Source of the DNA: the human T2T-CHM13v2.0 reference genome, Homo sapiens
Reading direction: 5' to 3' (one strand)
Length of the DNA stretch: 64,000 nt
NCBI RefSeq assembly: GCF_009914755.1
Contig: NC_060925.1
The position numbers were made by a program, and so were the translations under genes. The notes beneath the pieces are model-generated. The model was not told where the DNA came from. It made no database searches and was given only the letters and a program-made list of their open reading frames with translations. Positions 39,474 through 51,390 of the stretch are shown one piece after another. Position 1 is the first letter of the stretch, and each line of letters begins with the position of its first letter.

Positions 39474-39808
39474 GCAAGTAAAACAAATTAATAAAAACAT
39501 ACAATTTTAGAATGTCATAATTACAGCAAAGATAATAAAACAAGGTAATGAAATAGCAAGTGACTTGTAAGAAGTTATTTAGTGGCTTGTGGGTGTTATT
39601 TAAATAATTAAAGTCAAGGATGGTCTTTTTGAAGAAGCTGGATTTTAAGGAGCATGAAGAACTAATTCTTCATGCAAAATTTAGGTAGAAACATGCTCTG
39701 TGAGGAGGAAAGGGGAAATAGAAAGCCTTGAAGAAGTGATTGAGATAGATATCTTTGAAAGGTCAAGGAAGCTAGAAGGCAATAAATGAATGAGAGCATC
39801 CTATAAGA

Positions 39809-39997
39809 TGATAATGGATGGAATAGTGCCCCAAAACTCATGTCTACCCAGAACTTCATTTACTTGGATATAGGGTGTTTGAAGATATAATTAAGGTAAG
39901 AATCAATATGAGATCATACTGAATTAGAATGGTCCCTAAGTCCAGTGACAGTGAACTTATATGAGACACACAGAAACACAGAGCAAAGCTGTGTGAC
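39809..39997 (+). mobile_element. MLT1A/B LTR 5' fragment
   Basis: aaaactcatgtctacccagaacttca...atagggtgtttgaagatataattaag...tgagatcatactgaattag. Confidence 0.7.
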
Positions 39998-40159
39998 AAT
40001 CACATTTTGGAATTTTAAATACAGCAAGTGCTCCATTTATGCCTCCTCTATAGTTATTGTTTCTTTTTCATTCACGAGCTCATTACTTCATTATTACAAA
40101 GAAATATTCATTATGAAGATGTCATTGATGAAAGAAAGTGGTAAATAAACTAAGTTGGA

Positions 40160-40350
40160 GTGCTCTTTATATGCCAAGGACGTTATATATCAGTAACTCA
40201 ACTGATTCTTACACAAGCCTTCAACAGGTATTCTTATTTCTACATGAATAAATTGTAATTCAAATAGAATGGATATAACATGACCAAAGACATACAGCCA
40301 ATAGTTAGAAACCTGATTTGGAAATCAAGTGTATCTGACTCCAAAAAATC
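40160..40350 (-). mobile_element. MIR
   Basis: ttatatgccaagg...aactcaactgattcttacacaagcc...gaccaaagacatacagccaatag...tctgactccaaa. Confidence 0.6.
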
Positions 40351-40533
40351 ATGTGCTTGCCAGTAAATCTCACTAACTCTAAACAGGTTGGCCCTCAAAA
40401 CACATAATTTGATCTTCTTAGCTAGTCACTCAAATGACAGAAAACTTAATAATGTACAAGCTGAAGGATAGGCTTTAAGACTGAAATACCTGATCTGTGT
40501 TAGAAATCAGCAGACCTGGGGTATAACGTTGAC

Positions 40534-40705
40534 TTTTTTTTTTTTTTTAATTCAGGAGGTGCATGTAAGGTTTTTTCATGGATATATTGTTTGTGTAATT
40601 CTGAGATTTGGGCTTCTATTGGACCCATCGTACAGATAGTGAGCCCAATAAGGTGGTTTTTCTACCCTTGCCTCTCTTCCTGTTTCTCTCCTTTTGGAGT
40701 ACCTG
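40534..40705 (-). mobile_element. L1PB-type 3' end fragment
   Basis: polyT then ttcaggaggtgcatgt...ctgagatttgggcttcta..acccatc..cagatagtgagc...ccttttggagt. Confidence 0.75.
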
Positions 40706-42568
40706 ATGTTGACCATTTTTTAATACTGTCATCTTTGATAAACTGGACTATTTGGGCATTTGCATGTGCTCAGCCAAAGCTTTTATTTTTTGGCAAGAAT
40801 TGGTGGTTCCTTTCTGCACCTTTATCTCCCAGTTTTTTTCTCTGAGTAAATATGAAATCACTTTAGAAAAGTTTGAAGACTGGTCCAAATATTAAATGGT
40901 TCATCTGACATGGAAGTGGACAATTCTTCAGAATTGTAGGAGAAAATACTGGACTGAAGATGTGTTATTAAAGTTGTTATGAAACAACAAAAAGTTCAAA
41001 GGCATTGGATACCTGTCTAATTATCTGACCACAACTCATGCATTTTTCAACCAATATTGATTGAGCACTTATTCTAAGCCATGTACTGTTCTAGTTATGA
41101 AGAAAAATTGGTTTTTTAAATCTCATTAACTCAAATCTGATGATTACATGCTTAAGCCATGAAGATTGGGGTCTCATTGCCCAGTTTCGTTTACATGTAT
41201 TGAATTCATTGGGCAGTGTTTGATTCTTTGCTTTGCTTTTGTAGAAAAGACAGGCAGACAGAGTAGAAAAGAACTGGGGAAAAACCTTTGGTATTACTCT
41301 TGGAAATGTCCTATCTTCTATGGTCTTTGAGAGCCTGCATCTTTGGATCTAAAATAGGCCTGCTTAGAGAAAAAATTATAGCCCAAAACCAAAAACCAAA
41401 AACAAAACAGATTCAATTGCTCCCACATCCAGGTGGAGGGTTATTCTTTAAACACTTGGATGATTCCTTCATTTCAGGAACTCCACTGACATGACTAGAG
41501 TATTCTGCCCCAATTACCAAAATTATTATAATGTTTCCAAGTGATTGTTAATAATTCAGAAAATAAAATTAACAGCTCACTAATATAGGATTAGGAAACC
41601 ATCATTTTCAAAAAAAAAAAGGTCTAATTTTTTTTTTCATTTAGCTTAGTTCTAAAAGAAATTTTGGAAAGAAATTAGATTTGTAATTAGCCTTTTTAAC
41701 TAGCACTATTATTTCTTCAAGTCAGCTCCAGTGCCACCTTTGATAAAAATAAAGTAAACTAAAATAAAAATTATAGTTAAAAATTCAAAAGAATTTCTAA
41801 ATGGACCTACACTTAAACCATAATAAGAAAAACAAAGGCATCTGACATTTCACATTTCAAAAACCATAATATTTTACAAACACTTTTGTTGGCATAATTT
41901 GGGTTAGTGTTCCTCAAACTAGTCATCAAATATAGACATTAGTTATTTTTCAAATTAGTGGTTTCCTGACTTCCAAATTTTAAAGATTACTAAAAGTATT
42001 TTTTTAATTTTAAGCACTAATAAATGACTTTCTGATTTTGATATTGCTGACAAAGGGCATTAGAAATAAAACTTACCACTTTCTAGCATTGCTTTTTAGT
42101 AAACAAAATTATATGTAAGCCCTTCAAATGTAGGAAGGACATAATCACAAAAAGATGAAATAGACTTTATGGCCAAATAGGCATAAGTTAAGAACTTTGC
42201 CTTGGGCTAGTGGAAGAATCCAATGTTTAGATATCACAAATAACTTATCTAAGATCACAGGGCTAGTTAGCATAGGATAGAGCCCAGCACAATTAGGCAC
42301 TTCAGTGTTAGTTGCTGAATAGAATCCAAGAATCTTGCCTTCTCACCCCGTGACTAATGACCCTACATATTATGCAGATACTCAGAGCCTGGTTTTGTTT
42401 CTAGTTCTGCCTGCAAACTTGTAGTTTCTCTGACCATTTCCTTCAAGGTACCAGTTCTTCCACATATTCCAAGTGTTTTCAAGGGCAGATCTTCCAGTGC
42501 TGAGGTTTCTCAGGTATTTTTTGTGAGGACACATGGCATGGCACTGTGCTTCAATACATGCTTTATGC

Positions 42569-42747
42569 TAGTGGTTTTCATTCCTGACTGCCTTTTAAAA
42601 ATCGCTTGGGAAGCTTTCAACAGATGCAAAAGCCTGGTCCCTTTTCCCAGAGATTCTGATATTATTGCTCTGGAGAGGAGACTAGGCATGGATATTTTTT
42701 AAGCTCTTCAGGATATTCTAAGGCATATCCATGGTTGAGATGCACTG
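42569..42747. mobile_element. MER5B/MER5A1-like hAT MITE
   Basis: agtggttttca...cccagagattctgat...ggttgagatgcactg. Confidence 0.7.
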
Positions 42748-43297
42748 CTTTAAGTAGTTGTTGCACCTTTATTGTTTGCTCTCTTAATTTCTTCCTTTTC
42801 TGTCTAAAAGATGCTGAAGTTACAAATGCAAAATGTGCATGCCCATGGTCTATCTCATTCTTCTCAGTTTGAAAAAAAATTTAAATTGTTACCTAGAGCA
42901 GCCTCTTTACAAAATCATTTTTTTTTAATGTGGAGAGATTATTTGAAAGTGGTTTTCAGCAAGTGATTTAGTGCTAAATCTGAGATAAGACCTCTATATT
43001 ATGGAATCAGAGTTCTGTGTGGTAAAGTGATAGAAACAGAGGCTCTGCATGATGCTCCCACCAGTGGGACAAGCATAGTCTCAGCAAAAAGAAAATAAAA
43101 GCCAGTAGTCCTTACACACTAAGAGGTGTTAGAAAAATAATTAACACCTTCCATCTGCATAACATTAGAGCAAACACCAGCTAAAAATCTACAGATTTCC
43201 AGATAACACCAGATTGAAGGAAAAGTCATTAATTTTTTCTTTACTTATGAAAAAAAATAATGCTTAAATTTAGTAGTTCACAATTAGGAAACCATAC

Positions 43298-45564
43298 TCT
43301 ATTAGTCTGTTCTCATGCTGCTAATAAAGACATATCCAAGACTGGGTAGTTTATAAAGAAAAAGAGGTTTAATGGACTCAGAATTCCATGTGGCTGGGGA
43401 GGCTTCACAATCATGACAGAAGGAGAAGGAGGAGCAAAGTCACATCTTACATAGTAGCAGGCAAGAAAGCCTGTGCAGGGGAGCTGCCCATTATAAAACC
43501 ATCAGATATCCTGAAACTTATTCTCTATCATGAGAACAGCACAGGAAAACCCACCCCCATGATTCAATTACCTCCCACCGGGTCCCTCCCACAACATGTG
43601 GTGGATTATGGGAGCTACAGTTTAAGACGAGATTTGGGTAGGGACAGAGCCAAACCATATAATTCCACTCCTGGCCCCTCCCAAATCTCATGTCCTTACA
43701 TTTCAAAACCAGTTATGCCTTTCCAGGACCCCCACAAAAGCTTAACTTGTTTCAGCATTAACTCAAAAGTCCACAGTCCAAAGTCTCATCTGAGACAAAG
43801 CAAGTCTCTTCCGCCTATGAGCCTGTAAAATCAAAAGCAAGTTAGTTACTTCCTAGATACTAATACAAAGGGGTACAGGCATTGGGTAAATATACCCATT
43901 CCAAATGGAAATTGGCCAAAACAAAGGGGCCACAGGTCCTATGCAAATCCAAAATTTAATAGGGCACTCATTAAACCTTAAAGTTCCAAAATGACCTCTT
44001 TTGACTCCATGTGTCACATGCAGGTCATGCTGATGTGAGAGGTGGGCTCCCACAGCTCTGCCTCTGTGGCTTTGCAGGGTACAGCCCCCCTCCCAGCTTC
44101 TTTCATGGGTTGGCATTGAGTGTCTGCAGCTTTTCCGAGTGCACAGTGCAAGCTGTCAATGGTGCTACCATTCTGAGGTCTGGAGGATGGTGGTCCTCTT
44201 TTCACAGCTCCACTAGGCTGTGTCCCAGTGTGAACTCTGTGTGGGGGCTTCAACCCCACATTTCCGTTCTGCACTGCCATAGCAAAGGTTCTCCATGAGT
44301 GCCTTGCCCCTGCAGCAAACTTCTGCCTGGACATTTAGGCATTTCCGTACATCCTCTGAAATCTAGGGGGAGGTTCCCAAACCTCAATTCTTGACTTCTG
44401 TGCACCCACAGGCTCAAAACCACATGGAAGCTGCCAAGACTTGGGGCCCTGAAGCCATGGCCTGAGCTGTACCTTGGCCCCTTTTAGCCATGGCTGCAGC
44501 AGCTGGGATGCTGGACACCAAGTTCCTAGGCTGCATACGGCGGGGGACCCTGGGCCTGGCCCATGAAACCATTTTTTCCTCCTAAGCCTCTGGGCCTGTG
44601 ATGGGAGGAGCTACCGTGAAGGTCTCAGACATGTCCTGGAGACATTTCCCCATTGTCTTGGGGATTAACATTTGGGTCCTTGTTACTTATGCAAATAGCT
44701 GCAGCAGGCTTGAATTTCTTCCCAGAAAATGGGTTTTTATTTTCTATTGCATCATTAGCCTGCAAATTTTCCAAACTTTTATGCTCTGCTTCCTCTTGAA
44801 TTCTTTGCTGCTTAGAAATTTCTTCTACCAGATACCCTAAATCATGTCTCTCAAGTTCAAAGTTCCATAGATCTCTAGGGCAGGGGCCAAATGCCACCAG
44901 TCCCTTTGCTAAAGCATAACAAGAGTGACTTTTACTCCAGTTCCCAACAAATTCCTCATCTCCAAACTGAGAACACTTCAGCCTGGACTTAATTGTCCAT
45001 ATCACTGTCGGCATTTTGGTCAAAGCCATTCAAAAAGTCTCTAGAAGTTCCAAGCTTTCCCACATCTTCCTGTCTTCTTCTGATCCCTCCAAACTGTCCC
45101 AATCTTTGCATGTTACCCACTTCCAAAGTTGCCTCCACATTTTCAGGAATCCTTATAGTGGCACCCCACTCTACCAGTATCAATTTACTGCATTAGTACT
45201 TTCTTATGCTGCTAATAAAGACATACCCAAGACTGGGTAGTTTATGTATATATATATATAAAAAAAAAGGTTTAATGGACTCACAGTTCCACATGGCTGA
45301 AGAGGCCTCACAATCATGGCAGAAGGTGAAGGAGGAGTAAGGCACATCTTACATGGTGGCAGGCAAGAGAGCATGTGCAGGGGAACTGCTCTTTATAAAA
45401 CCATCAGATCTCATGAGAATTATTCACTATTACGAGAACAGCACAGGAAAAACCCACCACCATGATTCAATTACCTCCCACCAGGTTCCTCCCACAACAC
45501 ATGGGGATTATGGGAACTACAATTTAATGTGAAATTTGGGTGGTGACACAGCCAAACCATATCA
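43298..45564 (-). mobile_element. Complete THE1C-like MaLR provirus (LTR 43298-43662, internal 43663-45188, LTR 45189-45564)
   Basis: Two homologous LTRs (attagt..atgctgctaataaagacata...gccaaaccatatca) around THE1-int; 5-bp TSD catac at 43293-43297 and 45565-45569. Confidence 0.95.
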
Positions 45565-45664
45565 CATACCAAGTGTGCTTAGCAGTGAGGCTGATATCCA
45601 GCTGTAAAATATGAATGGCCATATGAAGTGTTAAAATATGTTTATTTAAATAAACTTTTTGGGA

Positions 45665-48600
45665 TGGCATCACCAGAAATGGTGGAGTGAAGAGCTCCAA
45701 AAATCTTTCCTTTCATAAAAGTCATGAGATCACTGATAAACACTGTCAGAATCAACATTTTCAGAACTTTGGAAATTAACCACAGGCTTAGAACCCTGGG
45801 AGCATTCATTTAAAAAAATACTGGTAAGAAAAGTGAGCTTTATGAAATTTCTAATTCCCCTATTACAATCATCTCCTACAATCCTGCAGTAATCTTAAAA
45901 ACCAACTGCCTGAAATCATAGTGAAAATCAGCAGGCTGGCAGACACTGCAGGAGGCAGAATGGTGTTGGAGCTCCTTGAAAGCCCCATTTCCAGATAATT
46001 GTTATCATTTGACCTATCTAGTCATTCCCTTTAAGAGTCTTTCACAAGTCTTGCCTTTATTTAACCTGACTTGGACCTCTCCTTGTGTGAACTGTCTTTT
46101 TCCTAAGTCATTTGTGGAAAACAATCACTGGCCATTGTTTAACTTGCTGCTGCATGACACAGTGGATAAAAGTTGAAGAAAACAAAATGCTAATTAAAAA
46201 GTTTAAAAGGAAAACCACAATAAACTAAAGATATGGGGCTTTTTAAAGCCCTATCATATTCCTGGGAACCAGAATGCCTTAAATCTTGCTCTGGTTGAGT
46301 TTGAAGCTCTGCATAAGCTGGATGTGAGGGTTAAGTCAGAGTTCTCAACTTCCTGACAAACATGCACGTGGAGCTCTTTCTAAAGCCTGGGAGACTTTGA
46401 CTGGAGGTATTTGAGGAGATTTTCGTCTAATCATTAGCTAACTAAGCAGAGACTTCAGTGGCTACACATAACAAATAATATCGATTTTACAGAATTAGTC
46501 AGAAAAGCCTCTAAAGAAACAATGTGACAACAACAACAAACCTGGATAAGGGAAGAGAATCTGGTTCCTAGAGTGCCACATTCTATTATTTAAGATGTGC
46601 AATTTTCATAAAAAATTAAGAGATGGACAAAGAAACAAGAAAGTATTGTCCATACACAAGACCAAAAAAGTACAGTAAATAGAAAATGTTCCTGAAAAAG
46701 CCAAGACATTGGATTTTATAGACAAAGACTTTAAATCAGCTATTTTAAATATTTTCAAACTGCTAAGAAAAACCATGCTTAACAAACTAAAGGAAAGTAA
46801 TAACTATGTCTCATCGATGACAGAATATCAATAAAAACATGGAAATTATAAAAAAGGATAAAATGGATATTCTGGAATAGAAATATACATTAACTGAAAT
46901 GAAAAATTTACTAGAGAAGCTCACCACCACATTGGATCAGGGGAAGAAAGAATCCAAGAATGTGAATGCAGATTAATTGATATTATTCAGTCTAAGCAAA
47001 CAGGAAGAAAAAAAGTAAAAAACAAAATAATAATGTCCTGTGAAGCAATATCATGCACACCAACATACACATAATGATAGTGTAAAAAGGAAAGAGATAA
47101 AGAGGCAGAAAAAAAATTGAATAGTGACCAAACCCTCACAAATTTGATGGGAACGATTATTCTGCACTTTCAAGAAGCTCAACACATTTCAAGTAAGACA
47201 GACTCAAAGAGATCTTTGCTAGGTGACATCATTATTAATCTGTCAAAAGACAAAGACAAAGAGAGATTCTTGAAAGCAGTGAGAAGTGAATGATATAATG
47301 TAATCCTCAATAAGATTAACAGTCAGTATCTCATAAGAAACAATAAAGGACAAAAGACAGTGGTATGACCTATTTAATTGCCAAGACTAAAACAAAGACA
47401 ATAACAACAAAAACAAAAAAAACCCTGTCAACTAAGAGTTGCGTATCCAACAAAATTGCCCCTCACAAATGAAGAAGTTAAGACATTCCAAAATAAACAA
47501 AAACTGAGCGAACTTTTAACTAGTAGATTTTCTGTAAAAGAAATACTAGAAAGGTGTCTTTAGGCAGAAATAAAAAGATGTTAGGCAGCAACTAAAATAT
47601 AAATGAAGAAATAAAGACCATGGTAAACGTAGCAAGCTAGATAACCATAAGATACAATATAAAAATATTTTTGTTGTTTCTTTTCCAATATAATTTTAAA
47701 GCAACTTCATAAAGTAACAATTATACATCTGTTTTGATGGTTATACAATATATAAAGACATAATTAAAGTGACAATAACAACACAAAGGAGCGGGAAAGA
47801 ATGAATCTATATGGGAACAAAGTTTTTATATGTGATTGACATTAAATTGATAATAATTCTAAACAGATTGTTATGAATTAACATGTTAACTATAAACCCC
47901 AGGACAGTCAGTTAAAAAAAAACTCAAAATATGTAATAAGAGAAATTACAAAGTAATTAAAACAGTTCTTTAGAAAATATCTCTTTAACACAAAATAAGA
48001 TAAAAATAAATAAATAGAGGAACAAAAGGACATGAGGTATAGAAAACGAATAGTAAAATTGCAGATGTAAGTGCTACCTTACCAGTAATTACCTTAACTA
48101 CAAATAAATTAAACACTTTAGTCAAGAGGCAGAAACTGACAGAACTGATTTTAGGACAAAGACCCGGCCAGGTACAGTGGCTCACACCTGCAATCCCAGC
48201 ACTTAGGGAGGCCGAGGCAGGTGAATCGCCTGAGGTCAGGAGTTTCAGACCAGCCTGGTCAACATGGTGAAACCCCATCTCTACTGAAAATACAAAAATT
48301 AGCCAGGCATGTTAGTTCACGCCTGTAATCCCAGCTCCTCAGGAGGCTGAGGCTGGAAAATCACTTGAACCCCAGAGGCGGAGGTTGCAGTGAGCCAAGA
48401 CCACGCCATTGCACTCCAGCCTGGACAACAAGAGCGAAACTACGAAAAAAAAAAAAAAATCCAAGTACATGCTTTCTATGATGCACACCCTTTATAATCC
48501 AAGACACAAACAGATTAAAAGTGAACAGGTGGAAACATACCATACAAACAGTAACTGAAGGAAAGCTGAAGTGCCTACATTATCAGACAAAATAGACTTT

Positions 48601-49835
48601 GAGACAAAAATTGTTACTACAGAGTTTATTTTATAATGATAAAAGTGCCAATCTATTAAGAGGTTCTGTATATATATGTATATAGCACCAGACAATAAAT
48701 CTGCATAATACATGAAGCAAAACTCACAGAATTGAAGGAAGAAATAAACAGTTCAAAAACAATAGTTGGAAACTTCAGTATACCACTGTCAATAATAGAT
48801 AAATCAATTAGACAGAAAACCAACAGGGAAAGAGAAAACTAGAATAACACTAAAAATCAAGTGGACCTAACAGACATCTGTCAAACACTCTAGCCAAAAC
48901 GAGAAGAATACACATTCACCTCTAGTGTACATGGAATATTCTTCAGGAATAGACAATCTTTTAGGTAGACCACAAAATAAGTTTTAATAAATTTAAAAGT
49001 GTGGAAACTATACAAAGTATGTTTTCTGAATATAATGTAATGAAATTAGAAATGAACAACAGAAGATAAACTGAAAAAAAATCACAAATATGTGGAAATT
49101 AAACAATACAGCCTTAAACTACCAATGGGTCAAAGAAAAAATCATACAGAAAATTACAAAGTACTTTGAGATAAATGAAAAGAAGAATGCAATATACCAA
49201 AACCTATGGCATGCATCAAAAAGCAGTGTTCAGAGAACCATTTATAGCTGTAAATATTTACATTAAAGAGGAAGAAAGATATCAAATCAGTAACCATATC
49301 TACTCTTATAGAACTAGTAAAAGAAGAACAAACTAAACCCAAAGCCAGCAGATGGATGGAAATAATAATAAAGATTGAAGTAGAGACAAATGAAATAGAT
49401 AATAGAAAAAATAGAATTAACAAAACAAAAAATTGTTTTATTTTAAAGATGAACAAAACTGTTCAACAATTAGCAAAACTGACAGAGAGAGACAGAAGAT
49501 TCAAATTCCTAGCCTAAGAAAACAAAGTGGGGTATAGACCTTACAAAAGTAAAAAAGATTTTAAGAGAATACTACAAACAACTTTATGCCAATAAGTGAG
49601 ATAATCTAGATGAAATGGACAAATTCCTGGAAACATGCAAACCACTAAAACTTATTAGGAAGAAACAGGAAATTTGAACAGACCTGTTAAATGCAAAGAG
49701 ATTGAATTAGAAATCGAAATGGCCGACAAGCACATAAAAAAATGCCTAACATCATTATTCACTAGGGAAATGCAAATCAAAACCATAAATGATACCACAT
49801 CACACCCACAGAATTGCAAGATCCAAAAAAGCAGA
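45665..49835 (+). mobile_element. Old L1 (L1M): 5' UTR, ORF1, ORF2 N-terminal half, short ORF2 C-terminal piece
   Basis: gtcagaatcaacattttcagaactttggaaattaacc 5' end; ORF1 relics 46700-47600; EN relics from 48050; ORF 49674-49889 joins LNRP..EIE to MADKHIKKC..REMQIKT. Confidence 0.9.
48166..48459 (+). mobile_element. AluS (Sq/Sx-like) inserted in L1 ORF2
   Basis: ggccaggtacagtggctcacacctg...caacaagagcgaaact + polyA. Confidence 0.95.
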
Positions 49836-50194
49836 AAACACCAAAATGGCTGGAGGCAGCCATTCTGTTATCACATGGAATGTTTTTAAGAATGCTGTCA
49901 CTGAGAGCACTAACTATAATATCACATGGGCTATTTCTGGTGATAAGGTGATTTGTTCTTGTGGCAGTGCCATAAGTGTTTATGCTTCTTCTAAGTAACC
50001 AGATATTAGGAGTTGTGTAAAGGATTTGATTTCTCTTTCCTCCTAGGCTTCTAGTAGACTGCAAGTCAAATTTGTGATTCTCCATACCTATGGCATGGAA
50101 TTTTATAAGATTAAATACTAGTTTGATCTTGTCTTGCTAGTATTACTTTCTCTTCTATTCTTTCATTAATTTTAAATTATATTGTGTGTGTATG

Positions 50195-50615
50195 CATATT
50201 AGTCCATTCTTGCATATCTATAAAAAATACCTGACATTGGGTCATTTATAAAGAAATGAGGTTTAATTGGCTCATCGTTCTATGGACCGTACAGGAAGCA
50301 TGATGCTGGCATCTGCTCAGCTTCTGGGGAGGCCTCGGGAAGCTAACAATCATGGTGGAAGGGGAAGGGGTTGGAGGCACGTTACATAGCTGGAGCAGAA
50401 GCAAGAGGGAGAATGAGCAGGTGCCACAAACTTTTAAATGACAACATCTCACAAAAACTCACTTACTATTGCAAAGACAGCACCAAGATGGTGGTAAACC
50501 ACTCATGAGAAATCTACCCCCATGATTCAATCACCTGCCACCAGGCCCCAACTCCAACACTGGGGATTATAATTCAAATGAGATTTGGGCAGGCAGACAC
50601 ATCCAAACTACATTA
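50195..50615 (-). mobile_element. MSTB-like solo LTR
   Basis: attagtccattcttgcat...gtacaggaagcatgatgctggcatctgctcagcttctggggaggcctc...catccaaactacatta; near-TSD gtatg/atatg. Confidence 0.88.
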
Positions 50616-51184
50616 ATATGTATATGACATGTTGATATATACATGATGGAGTATGCTGATATGCTGATTAACATGATGGCTAAAGTATGGCCCAATTCAT
50701 CAGGTAAATATTATTTAAGTTGTCATTGCTTTTATTAAGTAAGAGATTGTCGTTCATGCCTACCTTTCTCCAGTTTTGTTTCTGTTCTTACATTACTTAT
50801 GTCTGATGTTTAGCCCTTCATCTGCTTGCATATCATGCTCCTTTGTCAGTGAATCAAGGCAAAGCTTGATATCAGGTGATTTATATATTTAAACTTATTC
50901 TTTTCCTCTTTGTTTTCATCCAGCAGAGCTCTGCAGGATAGAAATTACATTCTTGAAGAGTGAAGCATTTGTCTTATTCTCACTAATTCAGGGGTGCCAT
51001 CAATTTTGTCTCTTGTATTGTGCTTGACTAAACTATAAGAGCTCTCCCTGAGCTTCATTTCAAGCCACATGAAATCTATCTTCTATTGCAATGGACATGA
51101 ATGACTTGAAAGCTCAAAATATTAAAGTCAGCTTGATAGAATTTTGCCTCTAGCTTTTAGCCAACTATCACAGTGCACAGCAAA

Positions 51185-51390
51185 TATGTGCTATTTTTGC
51201 CTGCCTAGAAACCCCTTCTTCCTCTGCTAACAGTATCCTTATATCCTCTTGAGGACACATTCTATGTGGTTTGGTTAGAGTTTTCCCTGCTATCTAGACC
51301 TGGTAAATCAGCTATCTCATGACTCTAACTACAGTAATTTAAGAATAAACAAGTGACCCAAGCTGGAATTCTCCCTGGAGATTTTGTGTC
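51185..51390 (+). mobile_element. Old ERVL/MaLR LTR fragment
   Basis: cccttcttcctctgctaacagtatcc, atgtggtttgg, caagtgacccaagctgg. Confidence 0.4.

Noticed and set aside
43388-45240. Dense cluster of overlapping ORFs
   Set aside because: Lies entirely in the THE1 LTR/internal sequence; decayed MaLR ORF remnants and antisense frames
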